DNA of 64,000 bases from Oscillospiraceae bacterium (GCA_045628845.1 JAZQQE010000067.1:915-64914), one strand, 5' to 3'; positions 52,852 to 62,372 are shown, numbered from the stretch's first letter. Notes: generated by a model not told the origin, from the letters alone. Numbers and translations are program-made.

Positions 52852-54357
52852 TTATTCGGCTTCGGCGCGGCAGAGCTTGATGCCCGCGAGCGCGACCGCG
52901 ACCATGTACCAGAAGAGGCACATGACGCGCGGGTAGTTCCACAGATAGTCCGCGAAGCCGCAGACGAGCGAGCCGCAGACGGCGGAGACACCGCCTATCG
53001 TCACCATTCTGACGGCGAGCGGCACCTTCTCCTTGACGGCTCTGATGCCCTCGCGTATCGTGCAGATCATGCCCGTCACGAACGAGGCTATGCCGAGCAG
53101 GCCCATCTCTGCCCACACCTGAAGAAAGATGTCGTGCGCGTGCACGAAGGGCCCTCTGCCGCTGTAAAGATTATACTCCGTGATGAATTCCTTGACGGCG
53201 GGCGTACCGAGGCCCGCGCCGCGCACGGGCGACAGCTTTATGAGCTTTATCGCCGCGCGGAAAAGCGGGAAGCGGCTCGACGTCGATAGGTCGTTCATGT
53301 TCGTTATCGTGCCGATTCGGTTGAGTACCGTCTGCGGCAGAAGTGGGACGAGTATGACGCACACCACCGCGCCGACGGGCACGAGGCGCACGTTCCACAT
53401 GAACACGAAGACAACTATCGCGACCGCGAAGCCGACCCAGCTCGCGCGCGAGTAGGTCATCAGCAGGGCCGCGGTGCCTATGCAGAATACGCCGAGCGCC
53501 GCGAGCTTCCCCGTCCATCTGCGCGAGCAGACGACGAGCGCGAGGATGACCGGGAGCATTATCATCAGCACCTCGGCAAAGGCGTTCGGGTTGTCGTAGA
53601 AGGAGAATATGCGCCCGGGGATGCCGGCATTGACCGTCAGGTCGACGTAGGACGGGTTGACCTCGATGCCCCGGATGCGCTGATAGATGCCGTAGAGCGA
53701 TATGACGAGAGTTCCGAGGGCCGCACCTCCGGCGAGCCTCACGAGCTGCTTTCCATCCTTCACGGCGCTGACGGTGACGAGCACGCAGAGGGCGCAGGAG
53801 AGATGATAGCCGAGGAAGCGCGTGCTCAAGCTGCGGTAGCGCGAGAATGCTACGGCGAGCACTACGGCCGCCGCGAACGCGACGAGGTACGGGCTCAGCG
53901 CGGAGAGCCTGAAGCGCTGCTCCTTATGGCGCATCCCGCCTATCACGAAGAGGAGGAGGACGACCGCAAAGCCCGCAAGGCTGTATGCATTGTTCCATTT
54001 TTCATACGGCACGACCATTATTGCCGTCAGCACCCACGCGGCAATAACGGCACATTCCGTACCGAGCCTGAAAACGAAACGCGCGAAAAGGCTGCCGTCG
54101 AATACGCGCGAAAACCTTTCGTAAAGCATATTCAGCAGCTTCGCCGGGATGTTGACCGCGAAGGTCAGCGCGCGGCAGGTCACGCTTCCGCCCCACGCCT
54201 CGGTGAGCGGGTTTTTCTTTCTGAGTATCGAGCCGAGCAGACTGTTATGGCACGCGGAGAGTATCTTCGTCGTCAGATGCCACAAAAAGCTCTCGCTGTA
54301 CAGCTTCCACAGGAAGAGCAGGAACCTGTACGTCACGCTCTCTTTTGCATAGTTCAT
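52852..54357 (-). CDS. O-antigen ligase / Wzy-like polymerase family membrane protein
   Basis: 501 aa with at least 10 TM segments and a periplasmic-loop region typical of Wzy_C. The assignment was made by eye. Confidence 0.65.
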   Translation of the reverse strand: MNYAKESVTYRFLLFLWKLYSESFLWHLTTKILSACHNSLLGSILRKKNPLTEAWGGSVTCRALTFAVNIPAKLLNMLYERFSRVFDGSLFARFVFRLGTECAVIAAWVLTAIMVVPYEKWNNAYSLAGFAVVLLLFVIGGMRHKEQRFRLSALSPYLVAFAAAVVLAVAFSRYRSLSTRFLGYHLSCALCVLVTVSAVKDGKQLVRLAGGAALGTLVISLYGIYQRIRGIEVNPSYVDLTVNAGIPGRIFSFYDNPNAFAEVLMIMLPVILALVVCSRRWTGKLAALGVFCIGTAALLMTYSRASWVGFAVAIVVFVFMWNVRLVPVGAVVCVILVPLLPQTVLNRIGTITNMNDLSTSSRFPLFRAAIKLIKLSPVRGAGLGTPAVKEFITEYNLYSGRGPFVHAHDIFLQVWAEMGLLGIASFVTGMICTIREGIRAVKEKVPLAVRMVTIGGVSAVCGSLVCGFADYLWNYPRVMCLFWYMVAVALAGIKLCRAEAE

Positions 54358-54367
54358 ATGATTATCC

Positions 54368-55378
54368 TCACGTACGGTTCCTGACAGTATAAAGCGTTGC
54401 CAGGAGGCCGAAATATCCGTGTCTTATCAGCTCGACGACGAGCTGCTTGTTGCGGCTGAGTCCCGTCGGGTGCATGGAGCGCACCGTCTCGCCGAGCTCC
54501 TCCGCGTACTGCCTGACGCGGGCCTTCTTCTCCGCCTTCGAAGCGGGATTGCCCGCCGCGAATTCATTTGACACTGCGATGAGCAGGCCCGCCCACTCCG
54601 AGCTCGCACGCCATTGCGGCGCGTCTATCCCGAAGCGCTCGACGAGCTTCTCCTTGCGGAGCATGAAGGAGCGGAAGGTCTCCATATAGTCCTTCATGTA
54701 TTTATGGGTCGCGGAGGCGGTGTTCCACCAATAGTAATACAGAGGCTTTGCCGAAATGGCGAGCTTTTGGGAATACATGAAGTATTCCGCGAGGAACAGC
54801 TCGTCTTCAAGATACGCGCCGTCGAAAACGATGCCGTGCTCGGCGATGATGCTCCGCGTATAGAGGAAGCGCCAGATGAAGCCGTTGAGCACCGCGCCGC
54901 CGCTGCCGAGCCTGTCGCCTATGAGCGGAGCGACGAAGTCCCTGCGTATCTCCTCGGCGCCGTACGTTCCCTCGGGGAGCACCGGCCTTTCCTCCGTCTG
55001 CACACCGCTCTCGGAGACGTTGTAGTGAGCGCAGCCCGCGCTGTCCGCTCCCGCGGAGCGAGCGGCTTCAAGAAGCACCTCGAGCATATCGGGCGCGTAC
55101 CAGTCGTCGCTGTCGGCAAAGGCGATGTACTCGCCGCACGCCGCGACAAGGCCCGCGTTGCGCGCAGAGGATACGCCGCCGTTTTCCTTATGGATGACGC
55201 GGACTCTCCCGTCCTCCGCGGCGATCGCGTCGCACAATGCGCCGCTCCCGTCGGGCGAGCCGTCGTCGATGAGGATGAGCTCCAGGTCCGTCACCGTCTG
55301 CCCGAGCACGGAATCCGTGCACTTGCGCAGGAATTTTTCGGCCTTGTATACGGGAACTATGACAGAGACGAGAGCCAT
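54368..55378 (-). CDS. Family 2 glycosyltransferase
   Basis: It has SVIVPVYKAEKFLRKCTDSVLGQT and LILIDDGSPDGS motifs. Confidence 0.88.
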   Translation of the reverse strand: MALVSVIVPVYKAEKFLRKCTDSVLGQTVTDLELILIDDGSPDGSGALCDAIAAEDGRVRVIHKENGGVSSARNAGLVAACGEYIAFADSDDWYAPDMLEVLLEAARSAGADSAGCAHYNVSESGVQTEERPVLPEGTYGAEEIRRDFVAPLIGDRLGSGGAVLNGFIWRFLYTRSIIAEHGIVFDGAYLEDELFLAEYFMYSQKLAISAKPLYYYWWNTASATHKYMKDYMETFRSFMLRKEKLVERFGIDAPQWRASSEWAGLLIAVSNEFAAGNPASKAEKKARVRQYAEELGETVRSMHPTGLSRNKQLVVELIRHGYFGLLATLYTVRNRT

Positions 55379-55405
55379 CGTGTATCCTCCTTTGCTTACC
55401 AGTCG

Positions 55406-55434
55406 ATAATATCACATCCTGCGGAAAAGGGCAA
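55406..55434 (-). promoter_or_regulatory. Candidate promoter of the GT2 / ligase-like genes (TTGCCC-17-TGaTATTAT)
   Basis: Read on the minus strand: TTGCCC (55434-55429), a 17-nt spacer ending in TGA, and TATTAT (55411-55406). Confidence 0.5.
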
Positions 55435-55464
55435 CCGAAAGGCTCCTTTTCCGGGAAAGGGCAT

Positions 55465-55493
55465 AAAAAAGAGGCACACGACCGTGTGCCTCT
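55465..55493 (-). terminator. Intrinsic terminator after tRNA-Cys
   Basis: On the minus strand, GAGGCACACGGTCGTGTGCCTC is followed by TTTTTT. Confidence 0.8.
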
Positions 55494-55500
55494 TCGATTA

Positions 55501-55575
55501 TGGAGGCGCCAACCAGATTTGAACTGGTGAATCGAGGTTTTGCAGACCTCTGCCTTACCTCTTGGCTATGGCGCC
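55501..55575 (-). tRNA. tRNA-Cys (anticodon GCA), CCA encoded
   Basis: I folded the cloverleaf by hand. The acceptor is GGCGCCA/TGGCGCC, the anticodon arm is GAGGT-CTGCAAA-ACCTC, the T arm is ACCAG-TTCAAAT-CTGGT and the 3' end is TCCA. Confidence 0.92.
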
Positions 55576-55591
55576 GGACTCAACGTGCCAT

Positions 55592-55620
55592 AGTATAGCA
55601 TAAGGCCGGCGTTTACGCAA
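55592..55620 (-). promoter_or_regulatory. Candidate promoter of tRNA-Cys (TTGCGT-17-TGcTATACT)
   Basis: Read on the minus strand: TTGCGT (55620-55615), a 17-nt spacer, and TATACT (55597-55592), 16 nt before the tRNA 5' end. Confidence 0.55.
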
Positions 55621-55632
55621 GTGCTTTTTTTA

Positions 55633-57096
55633 TCATTTTGCCCCCGAATAAACGAGACGCCATTCGCACCAGTCCATCTCATCCACGGCGGACACGATAT
55701 CGTAGGCCGCGCGGGCCGCCTCGGATCTCACGAAGGAGACGTCCGACTCCTTCGAAATGCGCCGCAGGGACTTCATAGCCTCCGGGCCGAGGTCGCGCAG
55801 ATACACGACGTCCACAGTCTCCGCCCTGCCGCTGAGATACAGGTCGGCGTTGTAGTCCGCGATGAGCCCGGCGGGATTTGAATAATTGAAGGCTATCCAC
55901 GACGCGATGCAGACTGCGAAGAACACGGGGAAGAATTTCACGTCCGCCCTCCAGAGCTTGACGGCGGAGAGGGCAAGGCCGATCGCTATCATCGCCATGC
56001 CCCACAGAGTCAGCACACGCAGGAGAGAAAGCCCGTACACGCTGATATAGAGGATCATGCGGTAGACTGCGGAGGCGAGGATGACGGCGGTGAACAGCGT
56101 CAGCAGCATGGCCGCCCACTTTGCGGCGCTGCGGCAGGCGTCGTGCTTCATGAACGTCGCGCTGACGAGCACGGCGGCCATGTTGATGAAGGCGACCGCC
56201 ACGAGCTGGAAGAAGCCCGTGCGGGCGTACTCCGCGTAGCCGCCCTGCATCGCGGCGGCCTTCATGCCGCCGAACAGAAACGCGACCTGGATGGCGACGA
56301 ACACCGCGTATACGAGGTCGAGCAGGATAAACACGACGAGGAACGGCACGCTCCACGTGCCCTCGTGCTGCCTCTCGGCGGCGCGGCCTTTCTTTCCGCG
56401 GGGCCACGCGAGGAAATAAAACGCAGAGAATATAAAGAGCGTGAAGCTTATGCAGCGCACGGCATACCATATCGCGCGAGGCGCGTTCAGCGATTCGAGC
56501 CACTTCCCTATCCCCTTGAAGATGCCGCCGAACACGGCGTCAGCCGAGCAGAGCAGGACTATCACTATCACAAGGAGCGGGATCGCGGCGGCGATGCCGA
56601 TGAGGACGCCGAGCGTCCTCCTGCGCCCATCGCCGGAGAGCGAGCCGAGCGCGCGGAAGGGCTTGTCGACGTTCACGAAGAGCGCCTTGCAGACGAGGCC
56701 TATCGTATTGGGCAGTACCTTCCACGATCCCATCGTATAGCGGTCGCGCCCCGCCATCCGCGCGAGCGCGAGGCAGCCCGTCATCGCGCATGCGAAGTAG
56801 TTTATCGTGCAGAGGAACATATTCGAGAACACGGCAAAGCTCAGCGCGAGCAGCACAGACGCCGCGAGGAGCAGCAGCGTGACTGCATCGTACCTCGCGC
56901 CCCGGCCGAGGTACAGAGCTCCCGCACCGAGCGCGGCGAGTGCGAATACCGTCGCTCCCACGCCGGGGACGAACTGCGAATCGAGCATCCGGCCGAAGCC
57001 GAAAACGTGCATATAGAGCACGGTCAGCGCGAGGGCGACTGCGAGCATCACCCACTCACGCCACGAAAATTTTATCTTACCGTTCATTATTCTCAT
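55633..57096 (-). CDS. Large polytopic membrane protein (DUF4153/DUF4173-like; family recalled from memory, unverified)
   Basis: 487 aa with about 11 TM segments and a soluble ~90-aa C-terminus. It overlaps the upstream HTH gene by 20 nt. Confidence 0.6.
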   Translation of the reverse strand: MRIMNGKIKFSWREWVMLAVALALTVLYMHVFGFGRMLDSQFVPGVGATVFALAALGAGALYLGRGARYDAVTLLLLAASVLLALSFAVFSNMFLCTINYFACAMTGCLALARMAGRDRYTMGSWKVLPNTIGLVCKALFVNVDKPFRALGSLSGDGRRRTLGVLIGIAAAIPLLVIVIVLLCSADAVFGGIFKGIGKWLESLNAPRAIWYAVRCISFTLFIFSAFYFLAWPRGKKGRAAERQHEGTWSVPFLVVFILLDLVYAVFVAIQVAFLFGGMKAAAMQGGYAEYARTGFFQLVAVAFINMAAVLVSATFMKHDACRSAAKWAAMLLTLFTAVILASAVYRMILYISVYGLSLLRVLTLWGMAMIAIGLALSAVKLWRADVKFFPVFFAVCIASWIAFNYSNPAGLIADYNADLYLSGRAETVDVVYLRDLGPEAMKSLRRISKESDVSFVRSEAARAAYDIVSAVDEMDWCEWRLVYSGAK

Positions 57097-57298
57097 CTCC
57101 CCGGTATTCGAGGATATCTCCCGGCTGGCATCCGAGCTCGCGGCATATCGCCTCGAGCGTTCCGAATCTTATCGCCCTCGCCTTCCCCGTTTTGAGTATG
57201 GATAGGTTTGCAGGTGTTATGTCAACCTTTGCCGCAAGCTCGTTGAGTCCTATCTTGCGGCGCGCCATCATCACGTCGAGATTTACTATTATCGCCAT
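57077..57298 (-). CDS. Small XRE/YozG-type helix-turn-helix transcriptional regulator
   Basis: 73 aa: MAIIVNLDVMMARRKIGLNELAAKVDITPANLSILKTGKARAIRFGTLEAICRELGCQPGDILEY. Confidence 0.85.
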   Translation of the reverse strand: MAIIVNLDVMMARRKIGLNELAAKVDITPANLSILKTGKARAIRFGTLEAICRELGCQPGDILEYRGDENNER

Positions 57299-57307
57299 TG
57301 TGCCACC

Positions 57308-57859
57308 TCAAATCACGAGGTCGTTTTCTTCCTTAAGATCCGCCGCACCGGCAAACATTGCCGCCGCAACGAGGAAGATGAGACCTGCGAACACGAATGC
57401 GGGGACAAAGAGCGCCGTGTAGGTCACAAGAGGCGCCCACGAGCGATACGTGCAGAGATTTATCGTGAGCCTTGCTGCGGACGCGGCGGCTATCACGAAG
57501 CAGCAGACGCCCGCGCGTATCATCGCGTTCTTGTTCGCCCGCGCGAACATACGCCCCTGCGAGAGATTGCAGAGCACTATGCGCGCCTGCCACAGTATCA
57601 CCGCGCCGCAGGCACCGCACACGAGCATGAACCACGCGAGCACGGCGCGGTACGCCGTCCCCGCGCCGAAGAGTACGCCCCACGCGCCGAAAACTGACTC
57701 GGCTGTAAGCGCCGCCTTTATGTCGTACGTCCTTGACAGCGCCTCCCTGAACCCCGTCAGCATCGGGACGAACACGAGCAGCACGAGCAGGAGCACAAAG
57801 AATACCGTCACTACCCATTTGAGTACGCGGGCAAGCTTTTCTGCGGCCGATTTTTTCAT
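57308..57859 (-). CDS. DUF2975-like membrane protein
   Basis: 183 aa with 4-5 TM segments and the characteristic C-terminal LKEENDLVI. The RBS is GGAGG. Confidence 0.7.
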   Translation of the reverse strand: MKKSAAEKLARVLKWVVTVFFVLLLVLLVFVPMLTGFREALSRTYDIKAALTAESVFGAWGVLFGAGTAYRAVLAWFMLVCGACGAVILWQARIVLCNLSQGRMFARANKNAMIRAGVCCFVIAAASAARLTINLCTYRSWAPLVTYTALFVPAFVFAGLIFLVAAAMFAGAADLKEENDLVI

Positions 57860-57893
57860 TTCGGGACCTCCGGTTTCTCTTTCTTATAAACGG

Positions 57894-57922
57894 ATAGTAG
57901 CACCGCTCAGTGCATTTGTCAA
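57894..57922 (-). promoter_or_regulatory. Candidate promoter of the DUF2975-HTH-membrane operon (TTGACA-17-TGcTACTAT)
   Basis: Read on the minus strand: TTGACA (57922-57917), a 17-nt spacer and TACTAT (57899-57894). Confidence 0.55.
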
Positions 57923-57927
57923 TAATA

Positions 57928-57948
57928 AATTATCGTTTTTCGATAATT
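57928..57948. promoter_or_regulatory. Operator-like inverted repeat AATTATCG-N5-CGATAATT
   Basis: The 8-bp arms are perfect (57928-57935 and 57941-57948) and lie 5 nt upstream of the -35 box. TTTTTCGA also occurs twice, at 57936-57943 and 57950-57957. Confidence 0.5.
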
Positions 57949-57962
57949 ATTTTTCGAATATT

Positions 57963-58002
57963 AAACAAAGGCCACAAGGCGTGTGCCCTGTGGCCTTTGT
58001 TT
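57963..58002 (-). terminator. Intrinsic terminator after lon
   Basis: AAACAAAGGCCACA.GG ... CC.TGTGGCCTTTGTTT forms a ~16-bp stem with one mismatch, followed by a T-rich tail. Confidence 0.75.
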
Positions 58003-58059
58003 ATGTCATGTGTTCGTCGCGGTCGCCGCGTGGCTTTGCACGGTCACGTGGCGCCGGCT

Positions 58060-60396
58060 TTACTTCACGGCGGAGAAGTCGAGCGCGACATCGAGTATCT
58101 TGTCGATATGGTCGGTCGTCACAAAGTTCAGTGCGACACGGACCGTCTGGTCTATCTCCTCAAGGTCGCTCTCGTTGTCGGCGGGGATGATGACCGTTCT
58201 CACGCCGGCCCGGAGGGCCGCCATCGTCTTCTCCTTGAGGCCGCCTATCGGAAGGATGCGGCCGCGGAGCGTGATCTCGCCCGTCATGGCGATGTCGCGG
58301 CGGACGGGAGCGCCCGTGAGAGCGCTGATGAGCGCGATAGTCATCGTGATGCCCGCGGAGGGGCCGTCCTTCGGCGTTGCGCCCTCGGGGAAATGGATGT
58401 GGATATCCCTGTTCTTGTAGAAATCGGGGTCTATCGGGAGCTTGTCGGCGCGCGACCTGATGTAGCTCACGCCGGCACGGGCGGATTCCTTCATGATGTC
58501 GCCGAGGTTGCCGGTAAGCTCGAGCTTGCCGCTGCCGGGCATGACGTTCACCTCGACGTCGAGGGTCTCGCCGCCGGCGCTCGTCCACGCGAGACCGCGC
58601 GCGAGGCCGACCTCGTCCGTCTGACGGATGAATTCGGGCTTGAACTTCCTCGGGCCGAGGAATTCCTCGAGCAGCGCGTGGGTGACGGTCAGGCTCTTTC
58701 TGTCCTCGTCGATGAATTTCAGCGCGGTCTTGCGGCATATCGCGGCGAGCTCGCGTTCGAGGATGCGGACGCCGGATTCGCGCGTCCACCCCGCTATGAG
58801 CTCGCGGAGCACGCTGTCGGATATTTTGAGCTGATTTGCCTTCAGCCCGTGCACGCGGCGCTGCTTCGGGAGCAGGTGGCGCTTGGCTATCTGCAGCTTT
58901 TCCTCGTCCGTGTAGCTCGTGAGCTCGATTATCTCCATTCTGTCGAGCAGGGCGGGCGGGATGGTCGAGGTCGTGTTCGCCGTCGTTATGAACATGACAT
59001 CGGAGAGGTCGTACGGCAGCTCAAGGTAGTTGTCTCTGAACGTCGAGTTCTGCTCGATGTCGAGCGCCTCGAGGAGCGCCGCGGAGGGGTCGCCGCGGTA
59101 ATCGCTGCCGAGCTTGTCTATCTCGTCGAGCAGGAGGAGCGGATTGCTCGTTCCCGCCTGGGAGACGGCGTTTATGATGCGTCCGGGCATCGCGCCGACG
59201 TAGGTCTTTCTGTGGCCTCGTATCTCGGCCTCGTCGTGCACGCCGCCGAGCGAGATGCGTGCCATCTTTCTGCCGAGCGCTTTGGCGACGCTCATGCCTA
59301 TCGAGGTCTTGCCCGTTCCCGGAGGGCCGACGAGGCAGAGTATCGTGCCCTTCGAGTCGGGCGCGTACTGCCTGACGGCGACGAACTCCACGATGCGGCG
59401 CTTTACCTTTTCAAGACCGAAGTGGTCCCTGTCGAGCACGGCGCGCGCGGCGTTCACATCGACCTTCTCCTCGCTCTTGACGTTCCACGGGAGCGAGAGG
59501 CATGTATCGAGGTAGTTGCGGCCCACGGACGCCTCGGAGGAGCCGTAGGGCTGCTTCATCATGCGGTCGAGCTCCTTGCGGAGCTTCTCGCGCACGGCGT
59601 CAGGAGCGTCGAGCGCGTCGATGCGCGCGGCGTACTCCTGCTCCTCGCTCAGCTCGTCCTGCTCGCCGCCGAGCTCCATCTGAATAGTGCGTATCTGCTC
59701 GCGCAGGATGTTCTCACGCTGATGGTCCATCATGCGGTCGCGCGTCTTCGCGCGGATCTGCATCTCTATCTCGAGCACCTCGAGCTCGTCGAGCAGCATG
59801 TTGTTGAGCTTCTCGAGGCGGCGCAGGGGGCGCGGCTCATCAAGGATCTCCTGCTTGCGCGAGTGCTTCATGTATACGTTCTGCGCGATGTAGTCGGCGA
59901 GGTAGCCCGGCTCGTCGCGCGTGTTCACGGTCGGCGCGAGCTCCGGCGACACGGACGGGGCAAGCTCAACGTAGCGTTCTATCAGACTGCGCGTCTGGCG
60001 AAGCAGAGCTTCCTTCTTCTCCCCCGCGCGCGTCGGTGCGACCTCCTCTATCGTGGAGACCTCCGCGACGTAGTACGGGTCGCGGGAGCGGAGCGTGACG
60101 AGTCTCGCCCTCGTTTCGCCCTCGACGAGCGCACGGATACCGCCTCCCGGTACGCGCAGGAGCTGACGCACGGAGCATATCGTTCCGATGACGTACAGGT
60201 CGCTGAGCTCCGGGCTCTCGACCTCGACCTCGCGCTGGGCAAGCAGAAAGATACGCCTGCCGCTCGTCATGGACGCTTCCATCGCTGCAACGGACACGGC
60301 GCGCTCTATATCAAAATTCAGCAGCATCCCGGGGAACGCGGAAACTCCGCGCATCGGGATCATCGGCATAATTTCTGTTTTCTCTGTTACATTCAT
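58060..60396 (-). CDS. lon: ATP-dependent Lon protease
   Basis: It has a LON N-domain, Walker A GPPGTGKTS and the catalytic PKDGPSAG. Among possible starts, ATG 60396 was chosen; the RBS is weak, so the start is uncertain. Confidence 0.9.
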   Translation of the reverse strand: MNVTEKTEIMPMIPMRGVSAFPGMLLNFDIERAVSVAAMEASMTSGRRIFLLAQREVEVESPELSDLYVIGTICSVRQLLRVPGGGIRALVEGETRARLVTLRSRDPYYVAEVSTIEEVAPTRAGEKKEALLRQTRSLIERYVELAPSVSPELAPTVNTRDEPGYLADYIAQNVYMKHSRKQEILDEPRPLRRLEKLNNMLLDELEVLEIEMQIRAKTRDRMMDHQRENILREQIRTIQMELGGEQDELSEEQEYAARIDALDAPDAVREKLRKELDRMMKQPYGSSEASVGRNYLDTCLSLPWNVKSEEKVDVNAARAVLDRDHFGLEKVKRRIVEFVAVRQYAPDSKGTILCLVGPPGTGKTSIGMSVAKALGRKMARISLGGVHDEAEIRGHRKTYVGAMPGRIINAVSQAGTSNPLLLLDEIDKLGSDYRGDPSAALLEALDIEQNSTFRDNYLELPYDLSDVMFITTANTTSTIPPALLDRMEIIELTSYTDEEKLQIAKRHLLPKQRRVHGLKANQLKISDSVLRELIAGWTRESGVRILERELAAICRKTALKFIDEDRKSLTVTHALLEEFLGPRKFKPEFIRQTDEVGLARGLAWTSAGGETLDVEVNVMPGSGKLELTGNLGDIMKESARAGVSYIRSRADKLPIDPDFYKNRDIHIHFPEGATPKDGPSAGITMTIALISALTGAPVRRDIAMTGEITLRGRILPIGGLKEKTMAALRAGVRTVIIPADNESDLEEIDQTVRVALNFVTTDHIDKILDVALDFSAVK

Positions 60397-60403
60397 AATT
60401 ACT

Positions 60404-60452
60404 GAAAAAGCAGCGGCCTGTGGCACGGTTTCGCTCCGGGCCAAGGCCGCTA
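60404..60452 (-). terminator. Terminator/attenuator-like structure between clpX and lon
   Basis: On the minus strand, AGCGGCC ... GGCCGCT arms enclose a structured loop and are followed by TTTTT only 8 nt before the lon ATG. Confidence 0.45.
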
Positions 60453-60461
60453 CGGTCTCCT

Positions 60462-61736
60462 TTATTCTCCGGCGGCTTCCGGAATTGTCTTTCTGATCAC
60501 CTGCGGTGCGGCACCGTTCACGCAGTCCGCATCAACGATGACGCGCTCGATACTGCTGTCCGACGGGACCTCGTACATGACCTGCAGCATTATCTGCTCG
60601 GTTATGCTCCGAAGTCCGCGCGCGCCTATCTCCATTTCGATGGCCTTGTCCGCTATCGCGGCAAGCGCGTCGTCCGTGAATTCGAGCTTCACTCCGTCGT
60701 ACGCGAGAAGCGTCGCGTATTGCTTTGTAAGCGCGTTCTTGGGCTCGGTCATGACGCGGATGAGGTCGTCCCTGTCAAGGTTGCGGAGCGGCGTGATGAC
60801 CGGGATACGTCCGCAGAGCTCGGGGATGATACCGAACTTCATGATGTCGTGCGACTGGATATGCGTCAGTATCTCGCCGACGTCGCGTTCCTCCCTGCGC
60901 TTGATCTCCGCACCGAAGCCGATGGTCTTCTTGTTCATTCTCTCCTCGATTATCTTTTCTATTCCGGCAAAAGCTCCGCCGCAGATGAAAAGGATATTCG
61001 TGGTATCGACCTGAATGAACTCCTGATGAGGGTGCTTGCGCCCGCCCTGAGGCGGAACGTTCGACACAGTCCCCTCGAGGATCTTCAGCAGAGCCTGCTG
61101 AACGCCCTCGCCGGAGACGTCGCGGGTAATGGAGGTGTTCTCGCTCTTGCGGGCTATCTTATCGAGCTCGTCGATATAGATTATGCCGCGCTGGGCAAGC
61201 TCGACGTCGAAATCCGCCGCCTGCAGAAGGCGGACGAGGATGTTTTCGACGTCATCGCCGACGTAGCCTGCCTCTGTGAGGGTCGTCGCGTCGGCTATGG
61301 CAAACGGCACCTGAAGGATCTTGGCGAGAGTCTGCGCGAACAGAGTCTTGCCGCAGCCCGTCGGCCCGATGAGGAGTATGTTGCTCTTCTGGAGCTCGAC
61401 GTCGTTCTCCGTGGAGTGCACGATGCGCTTATAGTGGTTGTAAACAGCGACGGACAGCGCTATTTTCGCCTGTTCCTGACCGATGATGTATTCATCGAGG
61501 AAGGCCTTTATCTCGTGCGGCTTCGGGAGGTCGTTCACCTCGGAGCCCGCACTCACGGTGCCCGCCTGCGGCCCGTCTTCGGGCGTGACAAGATCCTCGT
61601 CGAGGATATCAAGGCACAGCGACACACATTCATTGCAGATGAATGCGTTTTTACCGGCTATAAGGCGCTTTACCTCTTTCCCGGACTTGCCGCAGAAGGA
61701 GCAGCGCACGGTATTGGTCTCGTCATGTCCCGGCAT
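60462..61736 (-). CDS. clpX: ATP-dependent Clp protease ATP-binding subunit ClpX
   Basis: It has an N-terminal zinc finger (CSFCGK...CNEC) and Walker A GPTGCGKT. Confidence 0.93.
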   Translation of the reverse strand: MPGHDETNTVRCSFCGKSGKEVKRLIAGKNAFICNECVSLCLDILDEDLVTPEDGPQAGTVSAGSEVNDLPKPHEIKAFLDEYIIGQEQAKIALSVAVYNHYKRIVHSTENDVELQKSNILLIGPTGCGKTLFAQTLAKILQVPFAIADATTLTEAGYVGDDVENILVRLLQAADFDVELAQRGIIYIDELDKIARKSENTSITRDVSGEGVQQALLKILEGTVSNVPPQGGRKHPHQEFIQVDTTNILFICGGAFAGIEKIIEERMNKKTIGFGAEIKRREERDVGEILTHIQSHDIMKFGIIPELCGRIPVITPLRNLDRDDLIRVMTEPKNALTKQYATLLAYDGVKLEFTDDALAAIADKAIEMEIGARGLRSITEQIMLQVMYEVPSDSSIERVIVDADCVNGAAPQVIRKTIPEAAGE

Positions 61737-61740
61737 AAAG

Positions 61741-62322
61741 TTACCTCTTGTAGATTACCTTGTCTATAAGGCCGTACTCGCAGGCCTCCTCGGGAGTGAG
61801 GAAATGGTCGCGCTCGCAGTCGCGCTCGATGACCTCGATGGGCTTGCCGGTGTTGGCGGCGAGTATCTCATTGAGGTGCTTCTTCATCTTGAGGATGCGC
61901 TCGGCCTGGATCTGGATATCCGTGGCCTGGCCCTGGCTTCCGCCGGAGGGCTGATGAATCATTATCTCGGCGTTGGGGAGCGCGATGCGCTTGCCCTTGG
62001 CGCCGGACGAGAGCAGGAAAGCACCCATGGATGCGGCCATTCCTATGCAGATCGTCGAGACGTCCGCCTTGATATACTGCATGGTGTCATAGATGGCCAT
62101 ACCCGCGGTGATGCTTCCGCCGGGGCTGTTTATATAGAACTGGATGTCCTTGTCCGGATCCTGCGCCTCAAGATACAGAAGCTGTGCCACCACGAGACTC
62201 GCGGTAGTGTCGTTTACTTCTTCCGAGAGGAAGATGATGCGGTCGTTGAGCAGGCGGGAGAAGATGTCATAGGAACGCTCGCCCCTGCTGGTCTGTTCTA
62301 CTACATACGGAATAAGGCTCAT
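61741..62322 (-). CDS. clpP: ATP-dependent Clp protease proteolytic subunit
   Basis: This is ORF 61741..62364 with the start moved to ATG 62322, after the RBS GGAGGATAAAA. It has GMAASMG and IHQP motifs. Confidence 0.93.
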   Translation of the reverse strand: MSLIPYVVEQTSRGERSYDIFSRLLNDRIIFLSEEVNDTTASLVVAQLLYLEAQDPDKDIQFYINSPGGSITAGMAIYDTMQYIKADVSTICIGMAASMGAFLLSSGAKGKRIALPNAEIMIHQPSGGSQGQATDIQIQAERILKMKKHLNEILAANTGKPIEVIERDCERDHFLTPEEACEYGLIDKVIYKR

Positions 62323-62348
62323 TTTTATCCTCCATGCTTGATTGCGGT

Positions 62349-62372
62349 GATCCCCCGCTTTCACGGGGGATC
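62349..62372 (-). other. Stem-loop between tig and clpP
   Basis: GATCCCCCG-6 nt-CGGGGGATC forms a 9-bp perfect stem. No U run follows it on the sense (minus) strand. Confidence 0.6.

Noticed and set aside
55501-55575. tRNA-Cys as the attachment site of an integrated element.
   Set aside because: There is no integrase, recombinase or phage gene on either side. I could not find a direct repeat of the tRNA 3' half (TTCAAATCTGGTTGGCGCC) in the AT-rich or intergenic segments at 46962-47316, 52551-52851 or 57860-58059.
57910-60405. An 831-aa plus-strand ORF.
   Set aside because: It is antisense to lon, which has unambiguous Walker A and catalytic Ser motifs. It also starts inside an AT-rich promoter/terminator region. 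It is a shadow ORF.
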